In this document: one piece after another, positions 51,240-63,760 of the stretch
Numbering within the stretch: the first letter of the stretch is position 1
How the letters are laid out: each line of letters starts with the position of its first letter
Assembly: GCA_964016885.1 (NCBI GenBank)
Contig: OZ024745.1
Coordinates: 116,994,001-117,058,000 of the forward strand
Source: Eledone cirrhosa
Lineage: Eukaryota
Direction: 5' to 3'
DNA: 64,000 nt
Position numbers and translations under genes: made by a program
The notes under the pieces: generated by a model
The model's database searches: none
What the model was told of the DNA's origin: nothing
The model's input: only the letters and a program-made list of their open reading frames with translations

Positions 51240-52213
51240 AGAAATGGCATTCCTGCAAGATTCATCACCATCTTCAAGGCCCTGTATGCAAACTCCAGCT
51301 GCTGCATGCAAACTGAGTCCGGTGTGACGGAGTGCTTTGACATTGTCTCCGGTGTCAGACAGGGTTGCATTCTCTCTCTCCTGCTGCTCCTGCTGTCAGT
51401 GGATTTCATTCTAAGTGAAACAGATGAAGGGCCCAGTCGAAGAATCTCATGGAGAAGCCAGTCGAGGCTGAGGCCAACGACATCCCTTTGATCACTGAAG
51501 ACAGTGCTGCAGGCTCTAACAACATCCCTGCAAGAGAGTAGGGAAAAGATCAGCCTGAGAATCAACACCATAAAGACCAAGGTGATGAGGACAGCCAACA
51601 ACACAGGTCAGCGATCAGAGTCAACCAACAAGACTTGGAAGAAATCGATCACTTCACCTATCTAGGCAGCATCCTGACAAACAATGGCGACACAGGGCTT
51701 GACATCAACTGTTGGATCGGCAAAGGAGCTGCAGTTTTCCAGCAGATGCACTCAGTCTGGTTGTCTTCATGCATCAGCACCAGAATCAAGCTGCACTTGT
51801 ACAAGAGAATCATGCTGCCAACTGTGCTTTATGCAAGTGAAACCTGAAAGAGAATTCCACCAGGGGTGCCTGTGTGTGTCCTGGCATGATAAAGTACGAA
51901 ACAAGGAAATCCTGCGAAGAGCTGAGTTGTGGACACTGCAGAGGGTGATGGCAGAGTACCATTGCCCCCTGGTTGGCCATATTCTGTGCCTGCCCAATGA
52001 ATAACACTCGAAAATGACAATGTACTGGACTCCACCTAGCAGGCAAATGAAAGTCAGGTTGCCTCACAATCATCTGACAACGAACATTCCAAAAAGACCT
52101 GATGGCAGTCAACATCCCTCGGTACGAATGTGAAAAAGCTGATCGTGATCATTGGCAACTAATTACTGCTCAATGCATTGAAAGATGCAGAAGAATCTAA
52201 GACTAAGACTAAG
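51240..52213 (+). mobile_element. RTE LINE fragment with (CTAAGA)n tail, nested in the Helitron
   Basis: GVRQGCILS, FTYLGSIL, LPTVLYASET. Absent from the paralogous Helitron. Confidence 0.88.
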
Positions 52214-52327
52214 ATGTGTACAGAGACATGAGGAAATGAATGAAGAACAGACATATCATTTTAGAGGAAGGTAGACTAAGACAATGGAAGAGAAGAAATA
52301 ATATACATCTAGATCAATGTCACTTAA

Positions 52328-52548
52328 CGCTTTAGCATTTAAATTAGTTCTATCCAGCCAGAATTCTCTCACCTCTTTCTGTTCAAAGCAGCCGTAACTG
52401 GCCACTCATACTGATGTTAAGGTATTGTTCTCAAAATAAATAATATCAAAATCTCATAGATTCAATATTATGTGAGATAATTATATGAGATAAAACCTTT
52501 ACCATGAAAATACAATAGTAAATATAGAGTAATGTAAATGCAAAAGGG
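52328..52548. mobile_element. piggyBac-type MITE
   Basis: TTAA on both sides; TIRs cgctttagcattt / aaatgcaaaaggg. Single-TTAA empty site at 9621-9624. Confidence 0.85.
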
Positions 52549-52602
52549 TTAAATAGCTTCTCTTAATTTTTTTGTCCGTGGAATTTCTACGGGTCCTGCT
52601 AG

Positions 52603-52649
<47 letters not shown>

Positions 52650-53283
52650 GTTCTTTGAGTCTCAGTCATTGATGTTAGTTAAGTGGAAAGTTTGTTGAAA
52701 TGAATATCAAGCCACTACCTGCAGCCTCAGATATTCAGGACGTATCGGAGGGTTCTTGCTGTTCCCAGCAAGCATGCCTTTTGAAGCGTTCCAAAAAGCG
52801 TGGCGGCGCCAATTTTCTTTAACCATCCCTGGAAACTTTTTGAGATAGTACCTAGTGTGCCTATGACAACCGGGACCACTTTGACCTCATGGCAGTTCCA
52901 AATCCTTTTTACCTCCCACTTTAAGTCCTGGTATCGGTTAATTTTCTCCCTCTCCTTCTCTTGCACTCTCGTGTCGAATGGGCAGGCCACATCCACAATC
53001 AGGCACAATCTTTTTTCCTTGTCCAAAACCACCAGGTCAGGTCTATTATGCTCCAGTTTCTTGTCCGTCTGTATCCTAAAATCCCATAGCACCTTCACCT
53101 GATCGTTTTCTATCACCGACTCTGGTTTATGCTCATACCACTTCTCAGAATTGTTTACTTTGCATAGGTGCCAGTGGATCACCCTGCCTATCACATCATG
53201 TCTCCAGCCTTTATAGTGAGTTTGGGCTAGGTGTTTACACTCGGATACAATGTGAGCCACAGTCTCCTCTCTCTCTCTCCACA
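52650..53283 (-). mobile_element. R4/Dong-clade retrotransposon 3' end (RLE domain) inserted in (TAA)n
   Basis: ETVAHIVSEC...RHD...NRPDLVVLDK...IVDVACP...EK in an uninterrupted frame, with (ATT)n on both flanks. Confidence 0.9.
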
Positions 53284-53284
53284 G

Positions 53285-53328
<44 letters not shown>

Positions 53329-53499
53329 CATCATCCTCATCACTCATCTATCTATCTACCCCTCCCCTTTCTCTCTCTTTCTCTGAAAGAATTTTGCTTT
53401 GTTCAGACTTAGGAAAGGATTGTTTTCTCCTACTTTAAATGCCTAATACAGTGCCACTACAATTCAAGGAGTTCATGGTACATGGATATATATATATAT

Positions 53500-54155
53500 A
53501 TATCCATGGAGACTACAGGTTTGGCGCAAGTTGGCGCAAGAAATGAAGAAGGTTTTAGGCTCCTAAAATTCTGTAATGCCAATGACCAATCGATGTGTGA
53601 CATAAACTTCAAAAAACTCGACAACCACCTTATCACCTATATATAGATCTGGGGAACATTCCAGTCAGATATGCTTTCCCTGGCCAGGAATTCAACACCC
53701 AACATAACCTAGTTGTCAGCGATTTCATTGTCAGAACTAGATGAACTTGGAAACAGAAGGGAACCTGGAGAAGAAAGATTTGGAAGTTGAAAGAGCCCTC
53801 AGCCAGTAACAGATTTAGAGATATTTTACTTGACGCTTATGACAGTAAAAGAAGAACAGATAGAGACATTTAATATAGAAGAGCACTGGGAGTTCCTGAA
53901 AGATAATCTACTGAAAGCGACAGATGAGAACTGTGGATGGAGCAAGACTACAGGGAGAAGGAGAGTGACTTGGTGGTGGAACAATAAGGTAGAGGAGACA
54001 ATTAAGGCCAAGAGACAGGCATGGAAACAATGGAAGAACGGCAGAGTACAGAGAGTACATGGAAACAATGGAAGAACAGAGGCCAGGAGAGTAGCTAGAC
54101 GTCAGTTATACTTAGCAAGGAGGGAAGCAGCGGATAAAAAATTCAAACATACGAA
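53500..54155 (+). mobile_element. RTE endonuclease/linker fragment
   Basis: WEFLKDNLLKATDENCGWS...VTWWWN, homologous to ORF 27859-28233. Confidence 0.85.
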
Positions 54156-54159
54156 ATAA

Positions 54160-56700
54160 ATGAGGTTACCCTTGAGACTGAGATAGGAAAACTCCAAGAT
54201 AAGAAAACACCAGGAAGAGACATGATTATCGGCTACTGGTACAAAAAAGTGATATTCTATCGGAGGTATCTTATCGACCTCTACCAACAAGTTCTCAAGG
54301 TAGATACACTTACACCAGAATGGTTGACATTAGCACAAACATTACTGGTCCCCAAGAACAAAGACACCGATTTGGCAAAAAACTACCGACCCATTGCATG
54401 CCAGATCCTGATGTACAAATGTATACAGCCTGCCTGAACCTATTTCTGTGAAATAATAACATGTGAAAATAATAACATCATCACAGATGAACAAGCAGCT
54501 GGAAAGAAAGGTATTTGGGGTTGTGCTGAATAACTCCTAATCAATAAAACTGCAATGTCGGAGGTGCGACAACTTAGGAGGAATATGGCTACTGTCTGGC
54601 TGGACTACAGGAAAGCTTTTGATTCTGTTCCCCACTCTTGGATGATAGAGGCCCTCTGACTTGCTAAAGTCCCAGACATCATTATCAGAGCCATAGAGAA
54701 GCTGTCTTCTTCTTGGGCTACTATCCTAAAGTTAAAAACAGAGAAGGAAGACTCTATTTTCACTGATAAAATAGAATATCACAGGGGTATATTTCAAGGA
54801 GACAGTCTCTCTGTGATACTATTTATCCTGTCATTAAACCCCTTGTCTTTTCTCCTCATTGGCTCACAGGAGGACAGAAATACGAACTTAACCCATAACT
54901 TCTTTGTAGATGATCTGAAACTCTATGCCAAGAACACAGATGGGATGAAGAAAAATCTTGACCTGGTTACAACATTCTCAAAGGATATAGGAATGGAGTT
55001 TGGCCAAGATAAATGTTCATATATCACTGTAGGGTGGGGAAAAACTACAACACAATCTACCAACATTTTCATCAATGGCCTAACTGTTTCACCAATATCT
55101 GATGAGGACTGCTACAGATACCTGGGGATAGATGAGAACATATCCTACAATGGTATTTGTAATAAGGAACGTGTAGCAAGGGAATATTACACCCGATTAA
55201 GAAAAATATGGTGATTGGAACTCTCTGCACACAATAAAACAGTAGCTCACAATGTGTTTGCTGTGCCTGTCCTAACACCAACATTTGGAATAGTTGATTG
55301 CACGATCGACGAAATCCGAGCAATTGATGTTGGAACTCGAAAAATACTAAACAACACCGGAAACTTCCACATCAACAGTGACATAGACCGCCTTTACTCG
55401 AAACATAAACAGGGAGGCAGAGAGCATTTGAATGTCGCATCATATCCCTCCGACATCTACGAATCTTGAAGTGTAGGAGCCCGTCTCTTGAGCAAGTCTA
55501 TCTGCATGAGAGAGATAAGATAATTAGAGTTGGGAAGGAATTCCTTGAAAGATATTCCCTGCATGATAATCAAAAACTCACACCCAGGGAAGTTTCCCAG
55601 CAGTACTGCAGTGAATCCATGGATGAAAAACTGCATGCTTATCAGCAAAGAATCATGCATGGATATGTTGCCAGGAAACTCCAGAGTGAGAGTAATATAG
55701 ATAAACAAAGTAGCCTATCTTGGACCAACAACCGCTATATTGGCTCCCACTTTGAAGGATATGCTTTTGCAATCCAAAACAGGAAATCAACACAAAATAC
55801 CTGATTCACAAAAGAGATAGGGATGCAGGCAAAACACCTAGATGTGACAAGTGCAGACTCTGCAGAATTAACGTCGAAGATGTCACCCATGTTATAAGCA
55901 GCTGTCCAAAGATCTCATCACGGTACTATCTACCTATGAGGCATGATGTAGTGGCCAAAACACTGTACAATGCAATCTGTAGAAAAGATAGCCCTGATAA
56001 TAAACACATTAAAAGCTACAGCAATGTGGAAGACATACATATACATAATATGAAAGAGTACTGGTGGAATGTTCCAGTAAAAACTCCAATAAAATGCAGG
56101 TATAACAGATCAGATATAATGATATGGGACAGGGAAAAGAAGGCATGCACAGTAGTGGAAGTTAGCTGCCCAGCAGAATCCAATATATCAAAGATTAACG
56201 AAAAGGAGAATATTTATGCAGAACTAATGAGAAATCTGCAGATACTCCACCCTGAATATACTTTCAGATTTATACCTGTGATTATTGGGGGTACTGGGAT
56301 ATGTTAGTAACTGCCTCAGTACAAATCTTGAGAAGTTGGGCTTCACAGAAACAGAAAGAACACAACTAGTTAGGAAATTACAAGTACAATCCATTAATGG
56401 AACAGTAAAAATATGTAATTTTCCAAAAATTCTGCATCTAATAACTGCACATACACTTGTACAGATACAAAGCATATGCACATGCACACATACAACTCAA
56501 AACATACACATCCACACATACAATAACATCCATACCTGCACACACATGCATGCATGCAGATATGTATACATATCTACCTAGTTGTTGTGTAAATTCCAAT
56601 GAGAGAGTCTTGTATCTATGTTAGAAACCAACTTTCTCTCTATTGGCAAAAATCTGTGATATTATAAAACCATACATACATACATACATACACACATACA
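54160..56700 (+). mobile_element. R4/Dong-clade retrotransposon (RT, CCHC, RLE), pseudogenised
   Basis: NYRPIAC, LDYRKAFDSV, GIFQGDSLS, FVDDLKLYA, CRLC...HVISSC, RHD, NRSDIMIWD...VEVSCP. Ends in a (CATA)n tail. Confidence 0.9.
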
Positions 56701-57151
56701 TATAATAGCATTGGGTGACAGGGGCCATGATAGAAGACACTTGTGCAAAGTGTCACACAGTAGGATGGGACCCAAAACCATGTGGTTGCAAAGCAAACTT
56801 CTTAACTACACAACCATACCTGTTCCTATAATTATCAGTTAATTGTAGTAGTTGTTGTTATTGTTATGTGTGTGTGTATGTCTGTGTATGGGTTTATGCA
56901 TGTCTGTGTATGGATATATGCATGCTTGTGGATGTATTTATGCATGAGTCTTGGTATGTGATGTGTAGGCACTTTCACCTGCTGAGGCCCTAAGCTATAA
57001 GAAATTTGAGGCCCTTCTTTAAAAGAACTTGGGCAAAATATTTTAAATAATTACACATAATTATTATTTTTTATATTAATGTTAATGATAAAGAACAAAT
57101 AATATATACATATATATATAAATGTAAGTATGCATACGTACACACATATAT

Positions 57152-57201
<50 letters not shown>

Positions 57202-58039
57202 CCCATGCTAGCGTGGAAGATGGACGTTAAATGATGATGATGATATATATATACACACACATATATACATATAACATATGTACGTATGGGTTATATCAAA
57301 CATTAACAACAATGTTCAATTTGTTTGTAAACAAATACCCCGAATTAAAGCTGTGCCGTGTTGATGATCGATCATCATCCGTTTGTTCAACACTGGCTTT
57401 GAGGAACAAACAACATGTTTCTGGGTCATTACTCTTCATCAAAACTGTATACCTCTCTGCCAATGTGTTGAACGGTTGAAAATATATAGTATTTTCTTCA
57501 GTATACATTGGCTGAGTAGCCTCATTTGCATGCCGAGCAAGTTATTTATTTATAGTGTAGGCTGTAACCCATACGTACATATGTATATGTATAAATGTGT
57601 GTGTATATATATATATATCGACATCAAATCGGACCAAGGAAACAATGTTTCCGTTGGTCTTTCCAATTGCTAATACTATCTATCGGTTGCAACTCCAGGT
57701 AGAAAAGAGCAACGTGAAATAAAGTGTCTTGCTCAAGGACTTAGTGCACTGCCCAGTCCAGGAATTGAACTCACAACCTCACGATTGCAAATCCAATTCT
57801 CTAACCACTTAGCCATGCACCTTCACAAATATATATATATGTGCGTGTGTGTGTGTGTGTGTGTGTGTACGGATGCATACTTACATTTATGTGCTAGGGT
57901 GAAAAATAAAATTCTAATTTTATTTTTAATTTTCGGCAAAGCCAGCCGTAACTCACTTGGTATGTTTTCTGATAGCACAGAATAAATAGTGAGAAAAACA
58001 GAACAAATAAAATAATGAAGAATAAGGGAAGAAAATAAT

Positions 58040-58424
58040 TGTTTCTACTTTTGGCACAAGGCCAGCAGTTTCCCCAGTGTATTACAGGTACTTTATTTTA
58101 TCGACCCCGTAAGGATGAAAGGCAAAGTTAACCTCGGCGGGATTTGAACTCAGATCATAAAGGGCCGTAACTCTATGCTGCAATGATGGCATCCGACCCT
58201 CTACCAATACTGCCAATCCACCGGGAAGAAAATAATTGTTTCTACTTTTGGCACAAGGCCAGCAATTATTCCAGTGCATTACTGGTACTTTATTTTATCG
58301 ACCCCGTAAGGATGAAAGGAAAAGTTAACTTCGGTGGGATTTGAACTCAGATCATAAAGGGCCGTAACTCTATATTGCAAACCATGGCGTCCGACCCTCT
58401 ACCGATACTGCCAATCCACCGCCC
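58040..58424 (-). mobile_element. Tandem pair of SINE family 1
   Basis: gggaagaaaataat present three times (58026, 58223, 58425), bracketing two SINE copies. Confidence 0.92.
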
Positions 58425-60850
58425 GGGAAGAAAATAATGAAGAATAGTGAGGAATGGGGTAGGTGGTAAAAAAGTAAAACATGTTAATAGGGGACAGTAG
58501 TGAAATTTAGCAGATAATCAAGAGAAATGATGGCAAATTTGGAAAACAACGAAGGATGGGAGTAAAAATCAGGATATGGGCGACCAATTAGGAGATGGTC
58601 AACAAGAATGCTGGGAAATTTGAAAAACAAAAAGGAAGGGCGGTGGATCTCAAAAGCAAGTAAAGGAGAGAATTAAGGTCAGGAAATGTAAAGAAATATA
58701 TAAGGTTTGCCACACTGCAAGTATGTTAAAGAGAACTAGAAGAAGTGTTCATTAATATTTTCCGAAAGTTTCTACAATAAAGATTATGTTTTACTCTATA
58801 CTTGCTGGTGAAAAGTTATCTATGGAGTAAGACGAACCTACAAACTTAAAGATGTATTGAAAGGGGGACTTGGTTCATTAACCTTTCATACAACTTGATT
58901 TTCTCAATGTGACCAAATATTTTTCAAGTCTCAAATCGTACAACCTGCTTCACAATAAAGCTAAAATGGTCACAAGTAAACCTTCTAGAATGCTCCATTT
59001 CATTGACATCTACTTTGTTATGAAATGATTGAATCTTTACAAGAATGACAACTTCTCTAAAAACACTAATAATATTATTTTAATATAGTTTATTACTTGT
59101 TTTTAAAAAATAGCAAATTTTGGAAAAAATATTTACAGCAATGTTGTTGGAGCAAGATCTCAAAATCTTGGGTTATGTGACATTATTTCATTTCCTGGAA
59201 AGATTTATTTCATTTCTTTTATATAATTAATACCCTTGGGAAAGGTATGAAAATCACGACTCTAGATTTAATCTTGCATAATAAGTCATAGTATCTGAAG
59301 AAAGTGTTAGAAAAATAACACAAGAGGCATCATGACATAATTGTGACCAAACTAACACTAAAACTAGATATTTTTATATTTTTGTTGAATTATACAATAT
59401 ATTCTTTTACATACACTTGTATACTTCAAGTGAGGGAGAAGAGTCTTTATTTCAAGTGAGGGAGGTTGATCTTTCATTTCTTTCTTATAATCTTTGTTTT
59501 CTTCTCTCTTATTTTTCCCTGACATTGAAATGTTTTATTGATTTTCCTCCCCTTCCTTTCTCTCTATGTCATTGATGTTTTCTATCTCCATTTTTCTATC
59601 TATTTATCTTTCTATTATTGTCACTTACAGCCATGCACTTGACATCTCCATCACTGAAGAAGCTAACTGCTGCAGGAATAATCTCAGAAAAAAAACCAAA
59701 TCATTTGTATAAGATAAATAAAAGGTGCAGCAGAAAATAACAAAAAATATATAATAGTATATGGTTGTGTGTGTATACATGCCTTTGTGTTAGTGTGTGT
59801 GTGTGCATCCATGCCTCTGTGTGAGTGTGTGTGTGTATATGCATGCCTCTGTGTGAGTGTGTATACATGCCTCTGTGTGTGTGTGTGTATGTATATGGCT
59901 CTGAGTGTGTGAGTGTGTATGTGTATATATGCCTCTGTATGTGTATGTATACAGGCCTCTCTTTCACTCTCTATCCCTCTGTCTCTGTGTGTGTGTGTAT
60001 GTACACAGGCCTCTCTTTCACTCTCTATCCCTCTATGTGTGTGTGTTGTGTAATCAATAAAGTGGCATTAGGAGATAGATGACAGAATAAACAAGACAAA
60101 CAGTTTAGATTAGTAATAGTGAGTCAGTGGTCCCCACTAAAGATGTCTTCACATATAAGTAGAATAAATGACATGAAAGAGAAGCATGCCCGACAAAACA
60201 ATACATTTTAGTAAGAAATAGACTGACATAAAATTTATCTGAATGAGATTCTGATGTAGATTTATATCTCCTCAATAAGAACACATTGAATTAAAAGGAA
60301 ACAATTGCTATTCTAACACATCAGTTAATAAAAAGTATACGAGTAAAAATAAAGATTAGAGATATATAACATATGTTTAGAGAGTGTTACCCAACGTCCA
60401 TGACCCTGAGCAAGATGGTTGGATAATAACAGCCAAAAGTTCAGCTGGTTTCAATTGGAGATCCAGCCAGATCACTTGGAAATGGTTGCTTCTGACAGGA
60501 CCTGCTGGAAGGAGTGTTTGAGGACTTTGCCCCTACACCCTTCTCAGGAATAAGTCGCCGAAGAAGGGAGCAGGGGGCGGGGGAGAAGAAGAGTGTTAGG
60601 TATGCTATTTCACACAAACGAAACTATTTGTGGTTTATTAAATGTAATTATTGAAAATAAATTACCAGTTTGCAATTTAGCAGCATTCATGATAAATACA
60701 CATAACATTTTGAAATATTGAATTGTTGAACAAGCAATCTAAGAGAAGATTTGTTTCATTATCACATAATATCAGAGAACTTACAAATAAGGAACTGGCC
60801 CTGTCTGGAAGAAGTTTGTTCATTTATTTTTGGTATTATTTGGTATTTAA

Positions 60851-61082
60851 CCCATTCATAACCATATTTCTAATGAAATAAACTCTATTTCAATTAGTTA
60901 ATGAAGAATTTTGAGGGATTTGCTAAAATTATCAATTATTTCATTACGAAGATAGTAACTTAATGTAAGGTTCTTATATAAAATTATGTTGGAAGATTTT
61001 AATTTAAATTGGAAACCTTTAAAATGGGTGGTTTTATTTCATAGAACCAGAACTGTTTTTGGCTAGGTTGGTAACAAAATGG
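60851..61082. mobile_element. piggyBac-type MITE, second family
   Basis: TTAA flanks; imperfect TIRs cccattcataacc / ggtaacaaaatgg. Diverged relative at ~28790-29145. Confidence 0.6.
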
Positions 61083-61929
61083 TTAATCATTGTTAGAAGA
61101 TATGTATTTGGTAATATGGTGGTGGTCTACCATGTTAAGTTTCCTAGGTATTCTTTCATATTATTTGAAAATGGTTGGTTTTAGGAAGGGCATCCAGATG
61201 TAGAAACCAAGCCAACATACAGATCTATATGAGCATGTTGATCTCCAGACCTGACTTGTCTCAGAACATGACAACCTTTCTAACCCATGCAAGCATGAAC
61301 AAATGGACGTTAAACATTGATGATGACAGAATTAGCAGAACATTGGAGAAAATGGCTTGTGGTATTTAGTTATGGCCTTTCACATTCTGAGTTCAAATTC
61401 TTTTCCCTACAGATAAATAAAGTACCATTCAAGTACTAATTTCAATATTATTAACTATTGCCTTTACATAAAAAATTGCTGACCCTATGCCTAAATCAGA
61501 AACCATTATTATCACTATCATAATTAGTGGATTGGCTATATCAGTAGAACGTCAGACAAAATGCTTTGCAGCATAAAGTTATGTCTACTGGGAACTGGAC
61601 TACCAGCAGTAGTGAAATGACAATTTGAAAAAGCTGGAGTTACCCTAGGTTACTAGTTGTAGCCCAGTATTCCTTAAAGTAACCAGCTCAAATCAACATC
61701 AAAGTTGGTCGTGATAAATAGTCAAATAATAATAATAATGATTTCTGATTTAGACACAAGGGCCCAAGACGTTGGGAATAATATAAGTAAAAAACAACAC
61801 AAGGTGGGGTTTACATCAAATGAAGGAAAGGGGACATGACTGAAGAGAAAACAGAAAGAATAACAATAACAGAAATTGTAATAAATATACAAGATCTACC
61901 TCTCTAATCCTCATGCACCTTCCCCACCA

Positions 61930-62682
61930 CAGTCCACACTGTAAAGTGGTCATGTTGGTGTCACGACAAAAAGCCCCAGTCCACACTGTAAAGTTGTCAT
62001 GTCGGTGTCATGACAAACAGCCCCGTCCACACTGTAAAGTGGTTGTGTAGGTGTCATGACAAAGAGTCCCCAGTCCACACTGTAAAGTGGTTGCGTAGGT
62101 GTCACAACAAAAAGCCTCCAGTCCACACTGTAAAGTGGTTGTGTAGGTGTCATGACAAAGAGTCCCCAGTCCACACTGTAAAGTGGTTGCGTAGGTGTCA
62201 CAACAAAAAGCCTCCAGTCCACACTGTAAAGTGGTCATGTAGGTGTCATGACAAAAAGTCCCGTTCACACTGTAAAGTGGTTGTGTAGGTGTCACAACAA
62301 AAAGCCTCCAGTCCACGCTGTAAAGTGGTTGTGTAAGTGTCACAACAAAAAGCCTCCAGTCCACGCTGTAAGGTGGTCATGTAGGTGTCATGTCAAAAAG
62401 CACCTAATCCATACTGTAAAGTGGTCGTGTAGGTGTCATGACAAAAAACACCAACAATGCACTTTAGAATGGTTGTTTTGGTGCCATGATAAAAAGCACC
62501 CAGGACACCCCGTAAATGTGGTTGGTGTTAGGAAAGCCATCCAGCCATAGAAACCAAGCCAAAATCAGTCCAGTGTGAGCTAGACGTGGTCATCTGCTCT
62601 GGCTTGGCTCACATCTGGACAACTCGTCTAACCCATGCTAGCGTGGAAAAATGGACGTTAAAAGGTGACAATGATGATGATG
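61930..62682 (+). repeat. 46-48-bp minisatellite (~13 units) expanded within an RTE 3' UTR
   Basis: ccacactgtaaagtggttgtgtaggtgtcatgacaaaaagccccagt units running into aggaaagccatccagcc...(gat)n. Confidence 0.92.
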
Positions 62683-63084
62683 ATACATAACAACAGAAAA
62701 AAATAATAACAAAAATGGATGTCAACAAGGATGAGTTCCCCAATATTGGGAGATCTGTACTTTAGGGTAATTCCAAGGAGAACCTCATACAAAACTCCAG
62801 GTTAGTCTGTTGCATCAGGGGCATTGAAAGTGCTCCTTCCCAGTTTCCTTCTTCCTGCTTAGAAAAGCTTAGATACAGTAGGCTAGAAATTTGAGTTGGG
62901 GTAGCTAATTATATCAACCCTTGTATTAGAGTTGTAATTTATTTTATCAACCATGGAATGATCAAAAGCAGAGTTAACTTCAGCAGGATTGGAAGTCAAA
63001 GGTAAAAAGTAGGAAATTATTGGCTTATAAAAACAACAGCTACAACAATAATAATAACAAGCAGATGTTGATAGGTTATATTTC

Positions 63085-63760
63085 AACAGAACAAAGAAAT
63101 AATGAGAACTTCTACATGTAGAGAAGTGTGTGGAATTAGAAGTAGAAGTTTGAGGAAGTATGTTGCTGATAATGAAGAGATGCTCTTGATAGCCATAAGG
63201 GGACAGGAGATAATCGGCAAAGGGAAAGAAAAAAGTGAAGTCCTCAGAACTAAACACCAAAAATATGAGCAGAAAAATTTACACAGAAAGTTCTTCCAAA
63301 ATACTGAAGGGGATCCCTATGAGAAGTCATTTTAATGATTAAGGAAGGTCTGAAGAAAGAGGCAGAAGGTTTGATCTGAGCCTCATTGGATAAAGTAATC
63401 AGAACAAGATATACCAGATAAACTACAGATAAGGAAGATATCATGGCTGTATGTTAAATGTGTGATGAAAGAGAAATGGTGGTGAATGCAAGATGCTTGC
63501 TTAAAAGGATTATAAGAATTGGAGATATGACAATCTTGCTACAAGCTTACACTGGCGAATTTGTAAATTTGAGCCTGCAGAAAAGCAATATGACCATAAA
63601 CCAGGACATGCCCTTCAAAAAATTTATGTTCCTTATCTGTTTGATACTAAAATGGTAGACAAAGAACATGACAAAATAGAAAAGTGCCAAGACCTGAAAT
63701 ATGAAATAGAGAAAATTCAGAATTGTCATACAGCTGATATTAATTGTAATAGGAACGTTA
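63085..63760 (+). mobile_element. Degenerate R4/Dong 3' fragment
   Basis: KNLHRKFF, GLKKEAEGLI, KIEKCQDLKYEI; similar to the 52727-53347 product. Confidence 0.7.

Larger units (their letters stand above)
50885..52602 (+). mobile_element. Non-autonomous Helitron, family B, with two nested insertions
   Basis: a|TC start; hairpin ccgtggaatttctacgg then CTAG|t. Collinear with 9575-10233 once the inserts are removed. Confidence 0.82.

Noticed and set aside
58880-59010. Signal peptide plus in-frame TGA (MKWSILEGLLVTILALL*) as a selenoprotein
   Set aside because: No SECIS or redox motif is visible, and the frame closes shortly afterwards.
59650-59690. Second hammerhead (ctgaaga-agc...gct)
   Set aside because: No GAAA after stem II and no stem I; it also overlaps a candidate exon.
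61930-62520. CRISPR-like array (conserved ccacactgtaaagtggt with variable intervals)
   Set aside because: The intervals are homologous to each other rather than unique spacers, there are no cas genes, and the context is a eukaryotic RTE 3' UTR.
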